Source of the DNA: Eledone cirrhosa
Taxonomy: Eukaryota
Reading direction: 5' to 3'
DNA: 64,000 nt
Assembly (NCBI GenBank): GCA_964016885.1
Contig: OZ024746.1
Location: 39,370,001-39,434,000, forward strand
The number at the start of each line of letters is the position of its first letter. Positions within the stretch are counted from its first letter, which is position 1. A model generated the notes under the pieces. It was not told where the DNA came from, made no database searches, and saw nothing but the letters and a program-made list of their open reading frames with translations. This document shows, piece after piece, positions 15,300-29,665 of this stretch. The translations under genes and the position numbers were made by a program.

Positions 15300-15440
15300 T
15301 CCAGGGAGAGAGAACGCGAGCGAGAGAAACAGAGAAACAGAGACAGCGACGACTGACACTCCACAAACAACACCGCCCCGCCGACTGTTCAAGATAAAGT
15401 CTCAGTGTGCGAGCGAGGATGGCGAGAAATTTCGGTAATT
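15300..15440 (-). promoter_or_regulatory. Probable alpha-actinin core promoter / TSS region
   Basis: Locally GC/CpG-rich patch ~450 bp upstream of the ATG. Initiator-like TCAGTC on the minus strand at 15351-15356, GC-box-like GGCGGGGCGG ~20 bp upstream (15373-15382), and a CT-rich leader downstream. Confidence 0.5.
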
Positions 15441-17068
15441 ATCGTTAACTTCCGGTACACTCGTGACGTCTAACCGAATTTCACCGAATGTTACCGAATA
15501 CTAAACACTTTCGTTGTCACAAGTGTACATTTATTTATCTACCAAAGTTCATTCAGAGATAATTCTCAACATTTTACCAATACGTATACAAATACAAATT
15601 GATATTTGCGCTACACTTAAAAAACAAACAAACAAAATCAACTATTTATCCTAAGCTTTATTAGACGAATCCATTCACAAACTGACACTCATACGTATAT
15701 ATTTATAAACACACATATATGTATTTATATCCATGTTTGTATTTTCATACATATGTGTATTAAGCAATATATACATTGTTTATGAATATATATAATTTAT
15801 TATAATTCAATTCATTTCAAGGATGTATTATTGGAATCGAGCCTGGAAGAATGACAAACTTGACAGCAACAGGATTTGAAATAGGATCGTAACATGCCTT
15901 AATTGAATTACCGCAGGCATTTCGTCCGATGCTCTATCAATTCTGCCTATCCGTTGGATTAGAATGTTCCCACTTTTTCTTCAGTTGTTGTTTTTTTTTT
16001 TAATGCATATATAAATATATTTACATGTGTGTCAAATACCTTCCTTCTCTCCTCATTCATTTCTAACCACCCGGAATTTCGGAAATTGTAAAAACAAATA
16101 ATCCTCACTTTATTTTAAATGTGTTGTTCCTTTCAATAGTATTTCGCCGATCCACAAAAACTTCCACGCTCACAGACACACGTACACACACTCACAGACA
16201 CACGTACACACACTCACAGACACACACAAACGGACACTTGTTCGCCCAGTTTTGTCTTGTTTATAGCTGTTTATATATTTTTTTTTTTAGTTTATTTATT
16301 TTATTTATTTTATTTATTTACTTAATTTTTTGTCTGTCTTTTCTTATTTACACTGTCTGATATTCTTATCATCACTATATTCTATTTATTTTATTTGATC
16401 TGTCATCTGGTAACTTTTGCTGCCGTTTCTTCTTGTACATTTCCTTCTCACTATGAGACTACTGGTTATTATTTTTATTTTTCATTTTACATAAGATGAA
16501 ATGAACAAATAATTTCGAATTTTAGATCAGTTACGTGTGTTAAAAAGACAAGAATTTTTGGAATTTCTGAAATCATTAAAAGGATTTTTTAAATGAATAA
16601 ACAACTGTTGCTGGCTTTTTATAGTATTGAGCGAGGGAGGACTGTTCGAAACCTGCCAATAAAATTTTGCCTTTTATTCTTCCCGGGTTGATAAAATAGG
16701 GTACCAGTCAAGTACTGAGTTCGATATAATCAACTAATCTTTTCCCTTAGATTCCTGGCCTTGTGTCTATTATGAATTACGAGGCGGTGGATTAGTAGAC
16801 TTATTTGACAGTGGCTGTCAAAATACCAGAGTACATAGTTTGTACTTTATATTTACGTTCTTAGTTTAAAACTCTTAACATTGGCTTTGCTTTGCTTCTT
16901 TCATTGTCGGTATGACTACTTCCCGTTCTCGTTTGCATTTCAAATCCCAACAAGGCCTATCTTTCCGGGATTTATAAAATAAAATACTGAGGCAATATAA
17001 TCAACTTCCCCTCTCCTTAAATTCCTATCTTTGTGCCTAAAATAGAAACCATTATTATTATTTGTAAG

Positions 17069-17260
17069 GGCGGTGGATTGGCAGTATTGGTAGAGGGTCG
17101 GACGCCATGCTTTCCAGTATAGTTACGTCCCTTTACGGTTTGAGTTCAAATTCCGCCGAGGTTAACTTTGCCTTTCATCCTTACGGGGTCGATAAAATAA
17201 AGTACCAGTAATGTACTGGGTAATTGATGGCCTTGTGCCAAATGTAGAAACAATTATTAT
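17069..17260 (+). mobile_element. Abundant SINE with Nin/Deu-like core (about 20 full or partial copies, e.g. 3800, 16630-17330, 19980, 22800, 25870, 27860, 31810, 43620, 44430, 50140, 50705)
   Basis: GGCGG..TGGCAG head, B-box GAGTTCAAAT, core CTTTGCCTTTCATCCTT.CGGGGTCGATAAAATAAAGTACCAG, (ATT)n tail. Confidence 0.85.
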
Positions 17261-18899
17261 TAATTGTAAATCCAGCCGAGGTTAACTTTGCCTTTCATCC
17301 TTTTGTGCCAAAAGTAGAAACAATTATTGTTATTTGTCGTTAACAAAGACGGCCGTAACATTGAACGTATCTAATTGTTCGAGTCCAAGATTGATATATC
17401 ATATATACTAAGATTATAAGTGTGTCGGTGTGTCTAAATTTCTACAATATATATTATATCTTTTTCTCAAAAAAAAAAAATAATAATCCACTTCTTTCTG
17501 TTTCACTCTCCTCTCTTTTTTTCATTTCTTAATATTTCTCATTCTATGTTCTGATAAAGGATTAACGCCCGAAACATTACAACTCTTTTCTTTATCAGAC
17601 GTCAAAATAATATATATATATATTCATTGTACTGTATCCTTTTGCTGTGTTGTTTCCCGTCCACTTTTCGCATATATATATTAGGATTAAACAAGCATTA
17701 AACTAGTTTGATCATTATTCAACGGAGTTCTTTATATTTGGTATAGTAGAGTGTGACTATATCAGAAAGAGTTGGGTCCCCATGTAATCCTGTACAACCT
17801 CCTTTATGGTTGAGTGGTCGACGACTAAACCGGGTCCCCCATCAGACCCTGGTCTGCTGAGGATGGTAAGTGGAACCCCAACAACACAAAAAACAAGAGC
17901 TGTTAAAAGGGCAGATGAACTCTTCAAAGTCAACGGCCACCCACTCCAACTATGGGTTAAATAACCTCACCAACCCTCAATTGGCCAAGCCTGTACGGCT
18001 AAATCCTTGAATATATGACCAACACCAAGCAGAAAGCGGTGAAAGTCAACCAGAGAGGGGTTTCTTCAACAGGAGTGAGAAGGCCCTGAATTGGATTCAA
18101 TTGGAATAATTTACTGGTCACAAACATTTTCTTTTATCAGAGTGTCGAATGAATTCCCGCTATTTTTGTTTCATTCATAATTAAACTTATAGTAACATGG
18201 CTGAGATAGGAAGTGCATCCTACGTGTGTAGTGTAGATTTTAAAGAGTTACAGAGAGAGATAGGTATAAATATATAGACACAATGGCATATTATTATGGT
18301 TAAAGATGCTGAAATCTGATATCTATGTCTATATGTGTGTGTTTCTGCGTATATATGTGTATATATATATGTATGTGTGTGATTTGTACACGTAACTTTT
18401 ATCTCGCTACCGTAGGTTTCGAGGCATAGGCCTGGAAAGCATCTGGAGATTGTAAACGACGTCTTGGAATGCATAATCTGACCGACAATCCCTGGCCTTT
18501 CATTCGGCGTTGAGACCTCGTGTGAAAAGGAGACATAACCAGAAAAAGTATGGTATTATATACCCAAAGATAGGCGATTCTTGTATAGTCTTGAGAAAAT
18601 GGTTTATTATGTGGAAACAGTAATGTAAATGATGATATGGCATATGTGTGATTATGTTTATACGTTCGATTGTTCGTTAATAATTCAGGTCATTTGTTAG
18701 TGTAGTGTAAATTGTGGAAGAAAAAGAAAAAGGTGTTATGCAGTGCAGAGTGTTAGTATGGTAAAATTGTGGTAGATGTAGCAATTGTTTGTGAAGACTG
18801 GTTATATTGGCTGTGGTTTTTTCATTAGGTTTAATGAAAATGTTTATAAGAATCTGTGGCCAAGAAATATACTTAGACTTGGTCATAAGTTCTTATAAA

Positions 18900-19315
18900 T
18901 TCAATGAAAAACTATATTAACAGATTCCTGTCACCACTGCCAGTTCCCTATAAGAATCTAGTCCCTAGTATTAATTGCAGGGTCTTTAATATATCATTAA
19001 CTGAGAAGATATTTAATAAAGCAGCACCGCACGACAAAAAGACTTTTCTAGATAGCGACTTCAAAGACAAAGTTAAGTACTTAACCCCCACACACACAAC
19101 AGGCCTAAAACAGGAATAGAAAAATAATCTGGTTCACCGGCCCCCACTCCCTAAACGTTATGACTATTGTAGGTAAGAAATTCTTAGAACTAACAGATGA
19201 ACATTCCTCCTGAACATAAGTATAGTAAAATAGACACTTTGGGATGAAGACCACCATGGCCTTTACAAAACAAGTCTGACAATTAAAAGACAAAGATATC
19301 CCCACACAATAAAAT
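18900..19315 (+). pseudogene. Highly degenerate PLE RT C-terminal/linker fragment
   Basis: KNLVPSINCRVFNISLTEKIFNKAAP... followed by a KIIWF..P..VGKKFL-like segment, matching the region after SNHP in the other PLE copies. Confidence 0.6.
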
Positions 19316-19319
19316 AGAG

Positions 19320-19871
19320 GATTCTGGAAAAGTATTAACGGATCAAAGATATATGTTATTTACATCAGTGGGGAATACAGGATTCTACAGAGATGTAGTC
19401 ATCAAGCCGGTTTCTGAAACATCGCCTTAGATGGTCTGGTCACCTGATCCGCTTGTCAAAACAAGCCCTGTACAGTGAATTGGTGCAAAGCAAACGACTC
19501 CAGTGCGAGCCGTGTAAGGACTGCCCAACACGTTCAATATCAATACTAGCACATGGGAAGGCGTTATATCAGATAGAGTGAGGTGGAGAAAATTGATTGC
19601 AACTGGTGCTATATAAATCGAAAACAGCCGAATTGCCTATGCTGTGTTGAAACGACCTGGCAAATAAATGGGAAAAGAAAGAAAGAATCTCTCGTGTGAC
19701 GAATGTGGCCGAGTTTGCTTTTCTAAGGCAGGCCCAGTTAGAGATAAACCGCGTCATAGAAACACCACCGTCTACCCATATGACATCCAGGTTGATTTCT
19801 CTTATGTGTGTCCCAAATTGTGTAGGTCATCAAGCGGAATCTCACATCATTACAAATATCAGCATCCCTGA
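19320..19871 (+). mobile_element. Degenerate RTE-like LINE 3' end with C2H2 zinc-finger remnants
   Basis: WSGHLIRL..LYSELV..KR, W...SDRVRWR, CDECGRVCFSKAG and CPKLCRSSSGISHH. Confidence 0.65.
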
Positions 19872-21039
19872 GAATTGCATTAAGCGTGCACGTGTCTATG
19901 GAATGCTCAGCCATTTACATGTTAATTGCACAAGCTAGCAGTTCAAATTCCACTTTCCACGCATTTGTACAGTGAATTGATAGAGTAGTTCAAACGTCAG
20001 ATAGAAGGTTATGTTTTATTCGTTCCGACTTTCGGCGCTCTGAGCTCAAAACTCGCCGAAGTCGATTTTGCCTTTTATCTTTTCGAAGTCGATAAAAATG
20101 TGGCAGTGCAATACTGAGATAGTTACTTCCCCACTATCTATCTATCTATCTATCTGTTTGTCTATCTATCTATCTACCTATCTGTTTGTCTATCTATCTA
20201 TCTACCTATCTGTTTGTCTATCTATATTCCTTTTTCTATTTCTCTCCCTCTCTTCTTTTCTGGAAAGTGTTCAGACCTTCAGACTCGGAAAAGGTATGGG
20301 CTCCGCTGGATATAAATGCCTAAGACACGTGTCCTAACGATTCCATCAGGAGTTATGGGTCCTTATATATATATATATATATATATATGCACCCAATCAC
20401 TACGACAGTTCTCAGACCATAACTAAATCTTTTAACTGTGAAATGGCACTATCATTTCTTCTTAATTACAGACGTTTGCTTTAAGCAATAAAAACACAAT
20501 AATCAAAATAAAGGGCTTCGTTAACTTGCTTTGTTTCGTTAATTTGCTACGCTTCGTTAGTTTGTTTTCAAATGAATTCTATTCAATGGAACTGCATCAT
20601 AGGATTGTTTCTACCAATTCTATCACCACGACACCAAATTGGAATCGGATATCGACAAACCTACATGTTTTTAATTGCCTCACTGCTTCATCGTAAAACA
20701 AGTAAAATACACAAAAACCAATACACACAGTCTATTTAACAAATGGGTCAAACGAGATTAATCAATTTAAAATCATAAAAATGTATTTATAATTTGAAAC
20801 CGTAAAAATATTATAATTTCATATTTCACACCATTTTTCGCCCCAATAAACATAATTTGTCTACATAGATTACGTAAGGCAATACAAATATTAAGATTAG
20901 GCTTGTTTGAGTAGATACATAAGAATTATAACTGCGGCAAAAGGTAAAAGTATTTCTTCTGTTATATTATGGCATTCTTTTCTTTCAAAGAAATAGACTA
21001 CAATTCCCCTTTTATGAACAATAAACGATATATATATAT

Positions 21040-21603
21040 AATAGAAATACTATTAAAATTTCTTACTCTACGACTCCTAACCTTGCACATAACATCACAG
21101 CTTCAAATTTAGCTAAACTACCTAGCCGTAGGAACACGTGCAACCCTGTAGTTAATACTAACTGTAATTGTAGGAATCGGGTTGACTGCCCCCTATCCGG
21201 GAAATGCCTCTCTAGTAACATTGTCTGCAAATGTAAGGTTGAAACACCCACGTCCCGTAGGGCCTACATAGGGTTAATCGCCAATAGATTCAAGCAACGT
21301 CATTACATGCATACCCATTCTTTTCGTTACCCTTTAAGAAGGAATATGACGTCACTTTCAGCTTATATCTGGAGTCTAAAAGACAACCACACCCAATATA
21401 AGTTACACTGGGAGATCCTAGTTGGGGCTAGATCGTATAACGGAAATAAAAGACCATGTGACCTCTGCGCCGCTGAGGCCCTGGAAATACTCTACGCCAA
21501 AGACCACATCTTAAACAAAAAATCTGAGGCAATTTCGGCTTGTAAACATAAATTGCACAAAACTTTCCTGTATTACAGCCCCACATTATACCCTAACGGA
21601 TAG
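21040..21603 (+). pseudogene. PLE GIY-YIG endonuclease fragment
   Basis: CNCRNRVDCPLSGKCLSSNIVCKC...AYIG...FKQRH...TSLSAYIWSLK...CDLCAAE...CKH; homologous to 61904-62428. Confidence 0.85.
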
Positions 21604-24600
21604 TACGAACTATACGCAGATATTTTACGTCTTGATGTGGTAGCTAAGTATATGTTATGTTTATACCATTACTTATTTGTATAGGTAAGTATATATTACC
21701 TGTATGTTTTGTGAAGGTACGTATACTTTCTCGTACGTGTATTTGATTGTATATGTTATGGCGTATATATTATTTTTTCTGGTACATATGTTTTTGGTTA
21801 TGTGTATACGTGAGTTTTGCTTCTGTGTGAGTATGCGGGTTCGTACGTATGTAGGGTGTGTGTATATGTGTACTTCGTGTTTTGGTTGACGTACGTCTCC
21901 GAACATTAGTGTATTTACATGTAGGTATGTGTGTGCGCTTGTTATATACGTATTTATTTATATACGTTTATTTAATTATATGTAATCATTCACACACACA
22001 CATATATATATATATATTTTTTTTATATAGATTTTTATGTGTATTTGGTGTATACAGTCGTATGCGTGCGGGTACAGGCGGTGCGTGGGTTCTGTATGTG
22101 CGTGCGGTTTTTTTTTTTGTGGGGTTGATTCTTCCTCTGTAACTCATGATGGCACCCCTACGACTCCATCAGGAATTATGTGTACATACATACATGTCAT
22201 TCTTCTGGTAAATGCTATTGAATAAGAGGTCAATTCCTGGCAAATCGAAAACACAAAAGAGTTCCGATTTCATTTCATTTATTCCACCATTGCCATTTTT
22301 TATAAATCATAAAATACAAGTCTTTATGCCTAGACAAAAGAAACCAATATTTTGCTGTTCTTTGGAAAAGCTGAGTAACAGTTAAAGAAAAATAAAGCAG
22401 CGTTTCATTGAGTTCAATGCACATAAACACTTCATAAGAAGCCTTCTTTCTTTCTCTGTTTCTTTCATTCTTTCTTTCTTTTTCTTTTGCTTTCTCCCTT
22501 TCTTTCCTTTTTTCTTCTTATCCTATCTCTTTCTCTCATAGCCTATAAATTTATTTTTCTCATATGTTTAAAAATATGAAACGTTAATAGAAACAAAATA
22601 TTCTGAATGTATATTCAATATTCAAAATATTCCAGGAAATTAAATAAGGTAAAACCAAATAAGTCCAAAGGTTTCAAAACTACAATATAACAGAGACAAT
22701 ATACTTACGATAATTATTGTTTTATCTTCTAATATAATATTTGAACTCAGAACGGACAGAAGTGAAACAATTAAAGGTATCACAGCTGACACTCTAATAA
22801 TTCTGCCAATCCATCGCCCGAGACTGGTATTTTATTTTATCGACTCTATCCCTTGAACAAGCGAAAGCCAAAGTTCACCTAGGCGGTATTGAATTCAGAG
22901 TAGAGAACCAGAACAAATACCTCAAATCATTCTTTTCCGAAGCTCTAACGTTTCTGCCAATTCACTGAAGGAAATCACAAAATCCACATTTAGTCAGTTT
23001 CTCATTACAATATGGCGATTGCAAATCTGCATTTTAAATTAGAGGTGAAGAGGAAGAGTGATTGTATGATGTTCTCATCTTTTTTGGTAAGATATCTTCT
23101 TCATTTGTGTCAATGTAAGACACCAATATCATTTACAAAGTTCAAGGAAATCCCAGTTTTTAGAAACAACGGAACTCCAGACCAAATATGATATTTCTTT
23201 TTGTTCTAACTTCAAATATCGCCAGAGTCTTTGTACTAAGACTCGAACAAAAATTGTAACAATATTAAGAGTCGATAAAACAATACTATTGTCGATTAAA
23301 TCGACAATAAATAATAAATCGACAATAAACTTTTCCCTACAAAGTTGTCATAAACGGTAAAGTGTCGACATAATTGTATTACAGAACTGAATCACGTCCT
23401 TCTAATTTCTTGATTTATATCTCGTCGGAGCGAATTTTGTGAGGAGTGGTTCTCAGTAGTAAATTAGCTGCCATTAATATACTACAGTTGATTAAATCGA
23501 TTATCGATTTTATTTTCCTCGGCAAAAAATAGGTATTGTACAAAGTAAATTAAATGAATATAAAACACAAAATATTTGGTATAATGTACCAAATATTTTG
23601 CAGTAGTTCGTTTGGTTTCCTTGGTAGTTCGAGTTAAAAGAAGGTCGATGAATTAAGTATGGTCAATATTTGCGCACATCATTATTTGATTAATTTCTTT
23701 TTAATTTGGGAGCTTGTATAATACGTCGTTCAGGATGATAAACAAAACAAGTCAAAAAGTTGGAGGAATTCAAGAGAGTCAAAAGCAATCCAATAATGTG
23801 TACATATTTACTCTAAAATCGACCATTCGCGTGCTGCCAAAACATGCTCTAATGATGCATAATCTCAGCACCATTGTCACCCATGCTCCGCCGAATCAAG
23901 AGGAATCACAAGCTGACTGCCTTCATTTGCTCATCTGATTCCCATGTTGTTCATGTAATACACTGGCTTCCTAACCTTACTAGTTTAGTCAATTGCGTAA
24001 CATAAGTTACTTTGGTCCTAATATCTCGTCTGCTCTTGTTATTCTGGCGGGATATTATTCTGTATCCGCCCTGGTCCAGCCCGTACGCTGCAGCTATCAT
24101 TTTCTATAGTATCAGAGCGGTCCCTGTTTCTCCAACAGCTTCTTTTCACACTCTCTTCCCTTCCTGTCAACAATATTGGCTAGATCGTACGAACAAATGA
24201 CACCCACTGAATCCTATAATATCATGTATGGATATATTTTGATATTAAACTTCAAAATAACTAGACAAACAATTTCATTCTACAGAAAGTGTTGCCCACG
24301 GGCAGAACCATCCGACAGGGGGTAAACTCCGAGCAAGATAGTTGGATAACATCCATATGGGCTCGGCTGGTCTTGCTTGGGGATCCAACCGGATCGATCT
24401 GGGACGGCTGCTTCTGACAGGACCCGCTGGAAGGAGTGTTTGAGGACTATGTCATTACGACCCTCTCAGGAATAAGTGGACGATTATTATATTCTTACAA
24501 ACAATCAATTCTGTTGAAATAATTTGTTTTTCTACACTGATTTTTCAAAGTCATCGTCGTCATTGTAGTTGTCATCATTGTTATCGGCATCATTATTATC

Positions 24601-24811
24601 ATCATCATCATCATCATCATCACCAACGTTGTCATTATCGCTATGGTCGTCGTTGTAGTGGCTTTTTATCCCGTTCCATCCGTACTCGTCATCGCCCGCT
24701 TTCTCTTGAATTTCTGTTTAACCTTTACTTATCGGCTGTCAGTAATTAGATTACATGTAAGCAAGCATACGTATGCATTGACAGTACATTGGTAGCATAT
24801 GCACAGATCAA

Positions 24812-25260
24812 GTACATACATACATACTGGTCGTCTGCTCAATAAAAAGTTGACAACATACATACGTACACACATACATACTTACTCACATACATACATA
24901 CATACATACATACATACATACATACATACATACATACATACATACATACATACATACTGGTCGTCTGCTCAATAAAAAGTTGACAACATACATACATACA
25001 CACATACATACTTACTCACATACATACATACATACATACATACATACATACATACATACATACTGGTCGTCTGCTCAATAAAAAGTTGACAACATACATA
25101 CATACACACATACATACTTACTCACATACATACATACATAAATACATACATACATACATACATACATACATACATACATACATACATACATACATACATA
25201 CTGGTCGTCTGCTCAATATAAAGCTGACAACATACGTACATACATACATACATTCATACA
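24812..25260. repeat. Composite tandem repeat: CTGGTCGTCTGCTCAATAAAAAGTTGACAA + variable (CATA)n, 4 units
   Basis: The fixed block recurs at ~24827, ~24957, ~25063 and ~25201. Confidence 0.9.
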
Positions 25261-25462
25261 TGATCGTGTACAACCAAAGAAGTGTCTAATTACAGTTATG
25301 TCACGTTTCTATGTTAGATGTAAAAGTACTTACGTCAAATTATTTGATACCTCCATAACCTCTGACTGATTATTTGAACTGGAAATATAAACGACATTCG
25401 TAAAAAACCTAAATTGTTACATGAAACATTACAGTATTTAACTAAAAAAGAGAGAGAGAGAG

Positions 25463-25564
<102 letters not shown>

Positions 25565-26879
25565 CGAATGCGGAACCGGAGGAGAAGAAGAAGAAGAAGA
25601 AGAAGAAGAAGAAGAAGAAGAAGAAGAAGAAGAAGAAGAAGAAGAAGAAGAAGAAGAAGAAGAAGAAGAAGAAGAAGAAGAAGAAGAATGGATGAAAGAA
25701 GAAAAAAAACGAACAATATAAAAAGTAAGGTTTTCTGAATGAAAAGGAAAACGAACAGTGAAGAAGGTGAAAAGGAGATGAAGAAGAATATGGCGGATGA
25801 GAAAATGAATAAGATAAACAACGTTGACAAACTATAGCAACAACGAAACATTATTTTACTTGAGGAATGCTTTGACGCATAGAGTTACGGCCCTTGCCAT
25901 TCTGAGTTCAAATCCCGCCGAGGTTAACTTTGCCTTTCATCATTACGGGGTCGATAAAATAAAGTACCAGTAATACACTGAGCAATTGCTGGCCTTGTGC
26001 CAAAAGTAGAAACAATTATTTTACTTGAGAAATCTTGTAAAATCAGAAATGTTTTGTAGATATTATTGCTTCAACTTCTCACGTAGAAACTATCAGAAAT
26101 CATTTCAGCTTAGAAGGAAAAAGAAAAGGAAAAACGATATCGATTAGTTGAGGTTTCCCAAAAGTAATATTTCAATGATTGATTCTTCATAATGTGTAGC
26201 AGGAAGGATTTATAGATTTCTGCTGAGCAATAAGCTTGATTTCAATCCTTTGAAAATAAACACAAGTCCGACGTCAATGAAATATGTTCTACATTTCATG
26301 ATAGATAAATTAACGGAAATTATTGCGCAGTTGGTTTTAGAGGAAGCACAAATTGACGTAGGGCAAATTATCACTAACCTCATCAAACATATATGACCTC
26401 CAGTTCAGTTTTTCTTATAAGCTTTTCAAATATCGCGAAACTGATCTTCCAGTAAGAAACGGATATTTTTCCATTATTTTTTTTAGTGTAGCTTAACAAT
26501 TCTATTAAACTCTTTCTTTCAAGAGTAGCGTAAAGTCCATGAGGGTTACGACAGAAAACCAATTAATGTAGTATATCCACAGAGCGGTCAACTAACTGGA
26601 GCTACGTCCATGCCCAAAATATAGTTACATGACTACAGGAAGATTTTAATTCAGCTAACGAAACACTTGTCATATTTACTGTGCTATCGTTACTTACAGC
26701 GAGGATTTGTTTTTCCATGTGGTAGCTATTTACATCTAAGTGGAATGGGGCATTTGAGAGTTAAGGAACTCAGCTATGTACAAAACACCGTTTCAATGCA
26801 CGAAGTGCCACTCGAACAGTAGTTTGTTAACTCGACAATCTGCTTTGTGCTAAAAGAGTCTAAAAATGTCTAATATTTC

Positions 26880-27146
26880 TCTCGAGCTTGTAGGTTCATC
26901 AGGCTGGTGCTTATCCCGGTTTTCCGTGACGTTAAGTGACTGAGAGTACGAAACTTCCCACTGTACAAGACACCAGTCCATCACAAGGTTAAACCTCCAG
27001 CTATTGCTGGTATCTACTTTCAGCTGAGGATACTGGAGCAACGTGAAATGAAGTGTTTTGCTCAAGTACACAACACACACCCCAGTCCACCAATCGAACC
27101 CACGACATTATGATCGTAAGTCTAACACCCTTACCACTAGGCCACG
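26880..27146 (-). mobile_element. tRNA-derived SINE with Meta/V-like core
   Basis: Reverse complement has TGGCCTAGTGG...GGTTCGAT...CTTGAGCAAAACACTT...GAAAACCGGGATAAGC. Confidence 0.8.
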
Positions 27147-27682
27147 TAAAGGATCTACGTGTAATCTCCAGCCTCAGCCTTGCAGATCTCCACTTTACTG
27201 AAACAACAGAGTCTAACGCATTATAATACTAAGTTCTATACATTGTCACGTTCACGTCTACATTTTATGAACTGTTAATCTATATTGTGTAAGTTAGATA
27301 GTTAGAATGATAAAATCAGTAAGTTTAGATACAATAACGTTTTTCTAGGTAAATCTATTCCACATGCTACCACCATAAATGAAACTTAAGGGACAATCAG
27401 CTTCGTGGTCCCGGCCGACAGGATGGAGAAGATATTGTAACGGAGGACGGTGAGGGAGAAACGCTGATACAGCCACTACATCTCACGAGGCTAGCACTTG
27501 CCGGTAGCCAGCTCCGCTCCGATAGCAGTGAGTAGTGATATAGTCCAGGGGTCTGTCGGGCTATTGGCAATTGAGTTATTTAGTCCCGGTTGAACGTTTC
27601 AGCCATGAATGTTTTGGCTATAAGATTACATCTGAAGAAGTCGCAGAGGATGTATGAAGTAGATTTTCCTAATTATTTGAAA

Positions 27683-29197
27683 CTAGCTGGCCGTCCGGCT
27701 GGCGCCCGACTACCATTGGTGTGTTCTACGACATCCATATATATATAAATATATATATATAGCTGACGTACCTAGCTTCGCTTGGATAAACAGACGATAA
27801 GCCGTCTTACAGTATTACTGTTATAGTATAGTATAGTATAGTATAGTATAGTATAGTAAGCATAGTTACGTCCTTTTACGATCTGAGTTCAAATCCCGCC
27901 GAGGTTGACTTTGCCTTTCATCCTTACGGGGTCGATAAAATAAAGTACCAGTAATGCACTGGGTAATTGCTGGCCTTGTGCCTAAAGTAGAAACAATTAT
28001 TATATAGTACTAGCAGAAAAACCACCCTTCGGGTGGTTTTCTGCTAGCATGTGTAGTGTGCATATTGATATTATACTTATACACAGAAATTGAACGAAGA
28101 CTGCGTTACACTCTCTTATGTAATCAGTAACGTAATCCATGGTGCATAAAAAAAACACGATATTATATATAAACTGCATTAGGAGAAAATTAGTGACGGA
28201 AATATCATCATCATCATCATCATCGTTTAACGTCCATCTTCCACGCTTGCATGGGTCTGGACGGGAAATATATAAATGTTTATTTAGGCGATCGCTAACC
28301 GGAAGTGTTGACATTTGAAAATTTTAAAGAAGTGAATCTTTAAATAAACACTAACATATATTTAATCAACAGCTACGAAATTTAGTAGATAAATTATGTA
28401 ATATTCATTCATAATTTATTCAAAGTAATCCAAGTTATTTTACTAATGGGATACAAAATTATAAACCGTACGCAGCCCCACACTCCTTACTTTATTATAG
28501 TTTAGATAGTATTACTGTTGAAAGTATATAGTATAATATATTATGACTGTTGAAAACAGATAGTATAGTATAGTATAGTATTATTGTTGAAAATATATAG
28601 TATAGTATTACTGTTGAAAATATATAGTATAGTATTACTGTTGAAAATATATAGTATAGTATTACTGTTGAAAATATATAGTATAGTATTACTGTTAAAA
28701 ATATATAGTATAGTACAGTATTACTGTTGAAAATATATAGTATAGTATTACTGTTGAATACATATAGTATATAGTATTACTGTTGAACATATATAGTATA
28801 GTATTACTGTTGAAAATATGTACACGAATATATAATTATATATATATATATATAATTAATTAAAAGTTGGTTAGAAGCGAAGTCAATGCAGACAGTCAGA
28901 CATACAGAGACATATTATAAGCGTGCGACGTTATAGCTATGTATCTATCTAAAAAGACAGAGTAAGAAAGAGAAAGGAATGTCGTATAACCGGAAGTGTT
29001 GACATTTGAAAATTTTAAAGAAGTGAATATTTAAATAATATCTTTAATCTTTTAACAAAATTTAATAGACAAAAATACCCTCACTTTCTTACTTGGAAAA
29101 AGTTACACCTATGGTGCAAATTTGGTGCTGTTTGGTTCAGCCGTTTGGCGAAAAGTTTGTTACATACATACGGCCGTCAGCTTTATAATATAGAAGA
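27683..29197 (-). mobile_element. Helitron of the same family, composite (contains SINE pieces and a minisatellite)
   Basis: Both termini match 53433-53666 in reverse: TCTTCTATATTATAAAGCTGACGGCCGTATG at the 29197 end and GGGCGCCAGCCGGACGGCCAGCTAG at the 27683 end. Confidence 0.55.
28505..28820. repeat. ~27-bp minisatellite TAGTATTACTGTTGAAAATATATAGTA
   Basis: About 10 tandem copies with (TAGTA)n length variation. Confidence 0.9.
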
Positions 29198-29665
29198 TAA
29201 ATAAATATCTGAAACTCTTCTTTCTCTAAGTATTTTCTTTCAGTCAATATTTTTTTTTATTACTTAGAAAGCGTCTCTTGTGGTTAGTTTAGAAAACTGC
29301 TGTCGCTGAAGTTTCCAATTAGATTTGTGTAGCTATTGCAAACACGCACATACACACTCATACACACATATTATCACACACACGCTCACACACACATACA
29401 CACACACTCACACACACGCACTCACACACACGCACTCACACACACACACACGCAAACACACACGCACTCACACATATTCACTCACAAATAAATACACATG
29501 CATACACTCTTCCTCACTTTCTTTCTCTCTCTTTCACCCCCTCCCCCCTCTACACATAATAGGTTTCCAGATTGTAGAAGACACATTTGTGCTTGCAAGG
29601 CGTTCACATAAATGAGTCCAAATGACCCCCCACCGCCACCCCCAACACACACACGCGCAAAAAAA

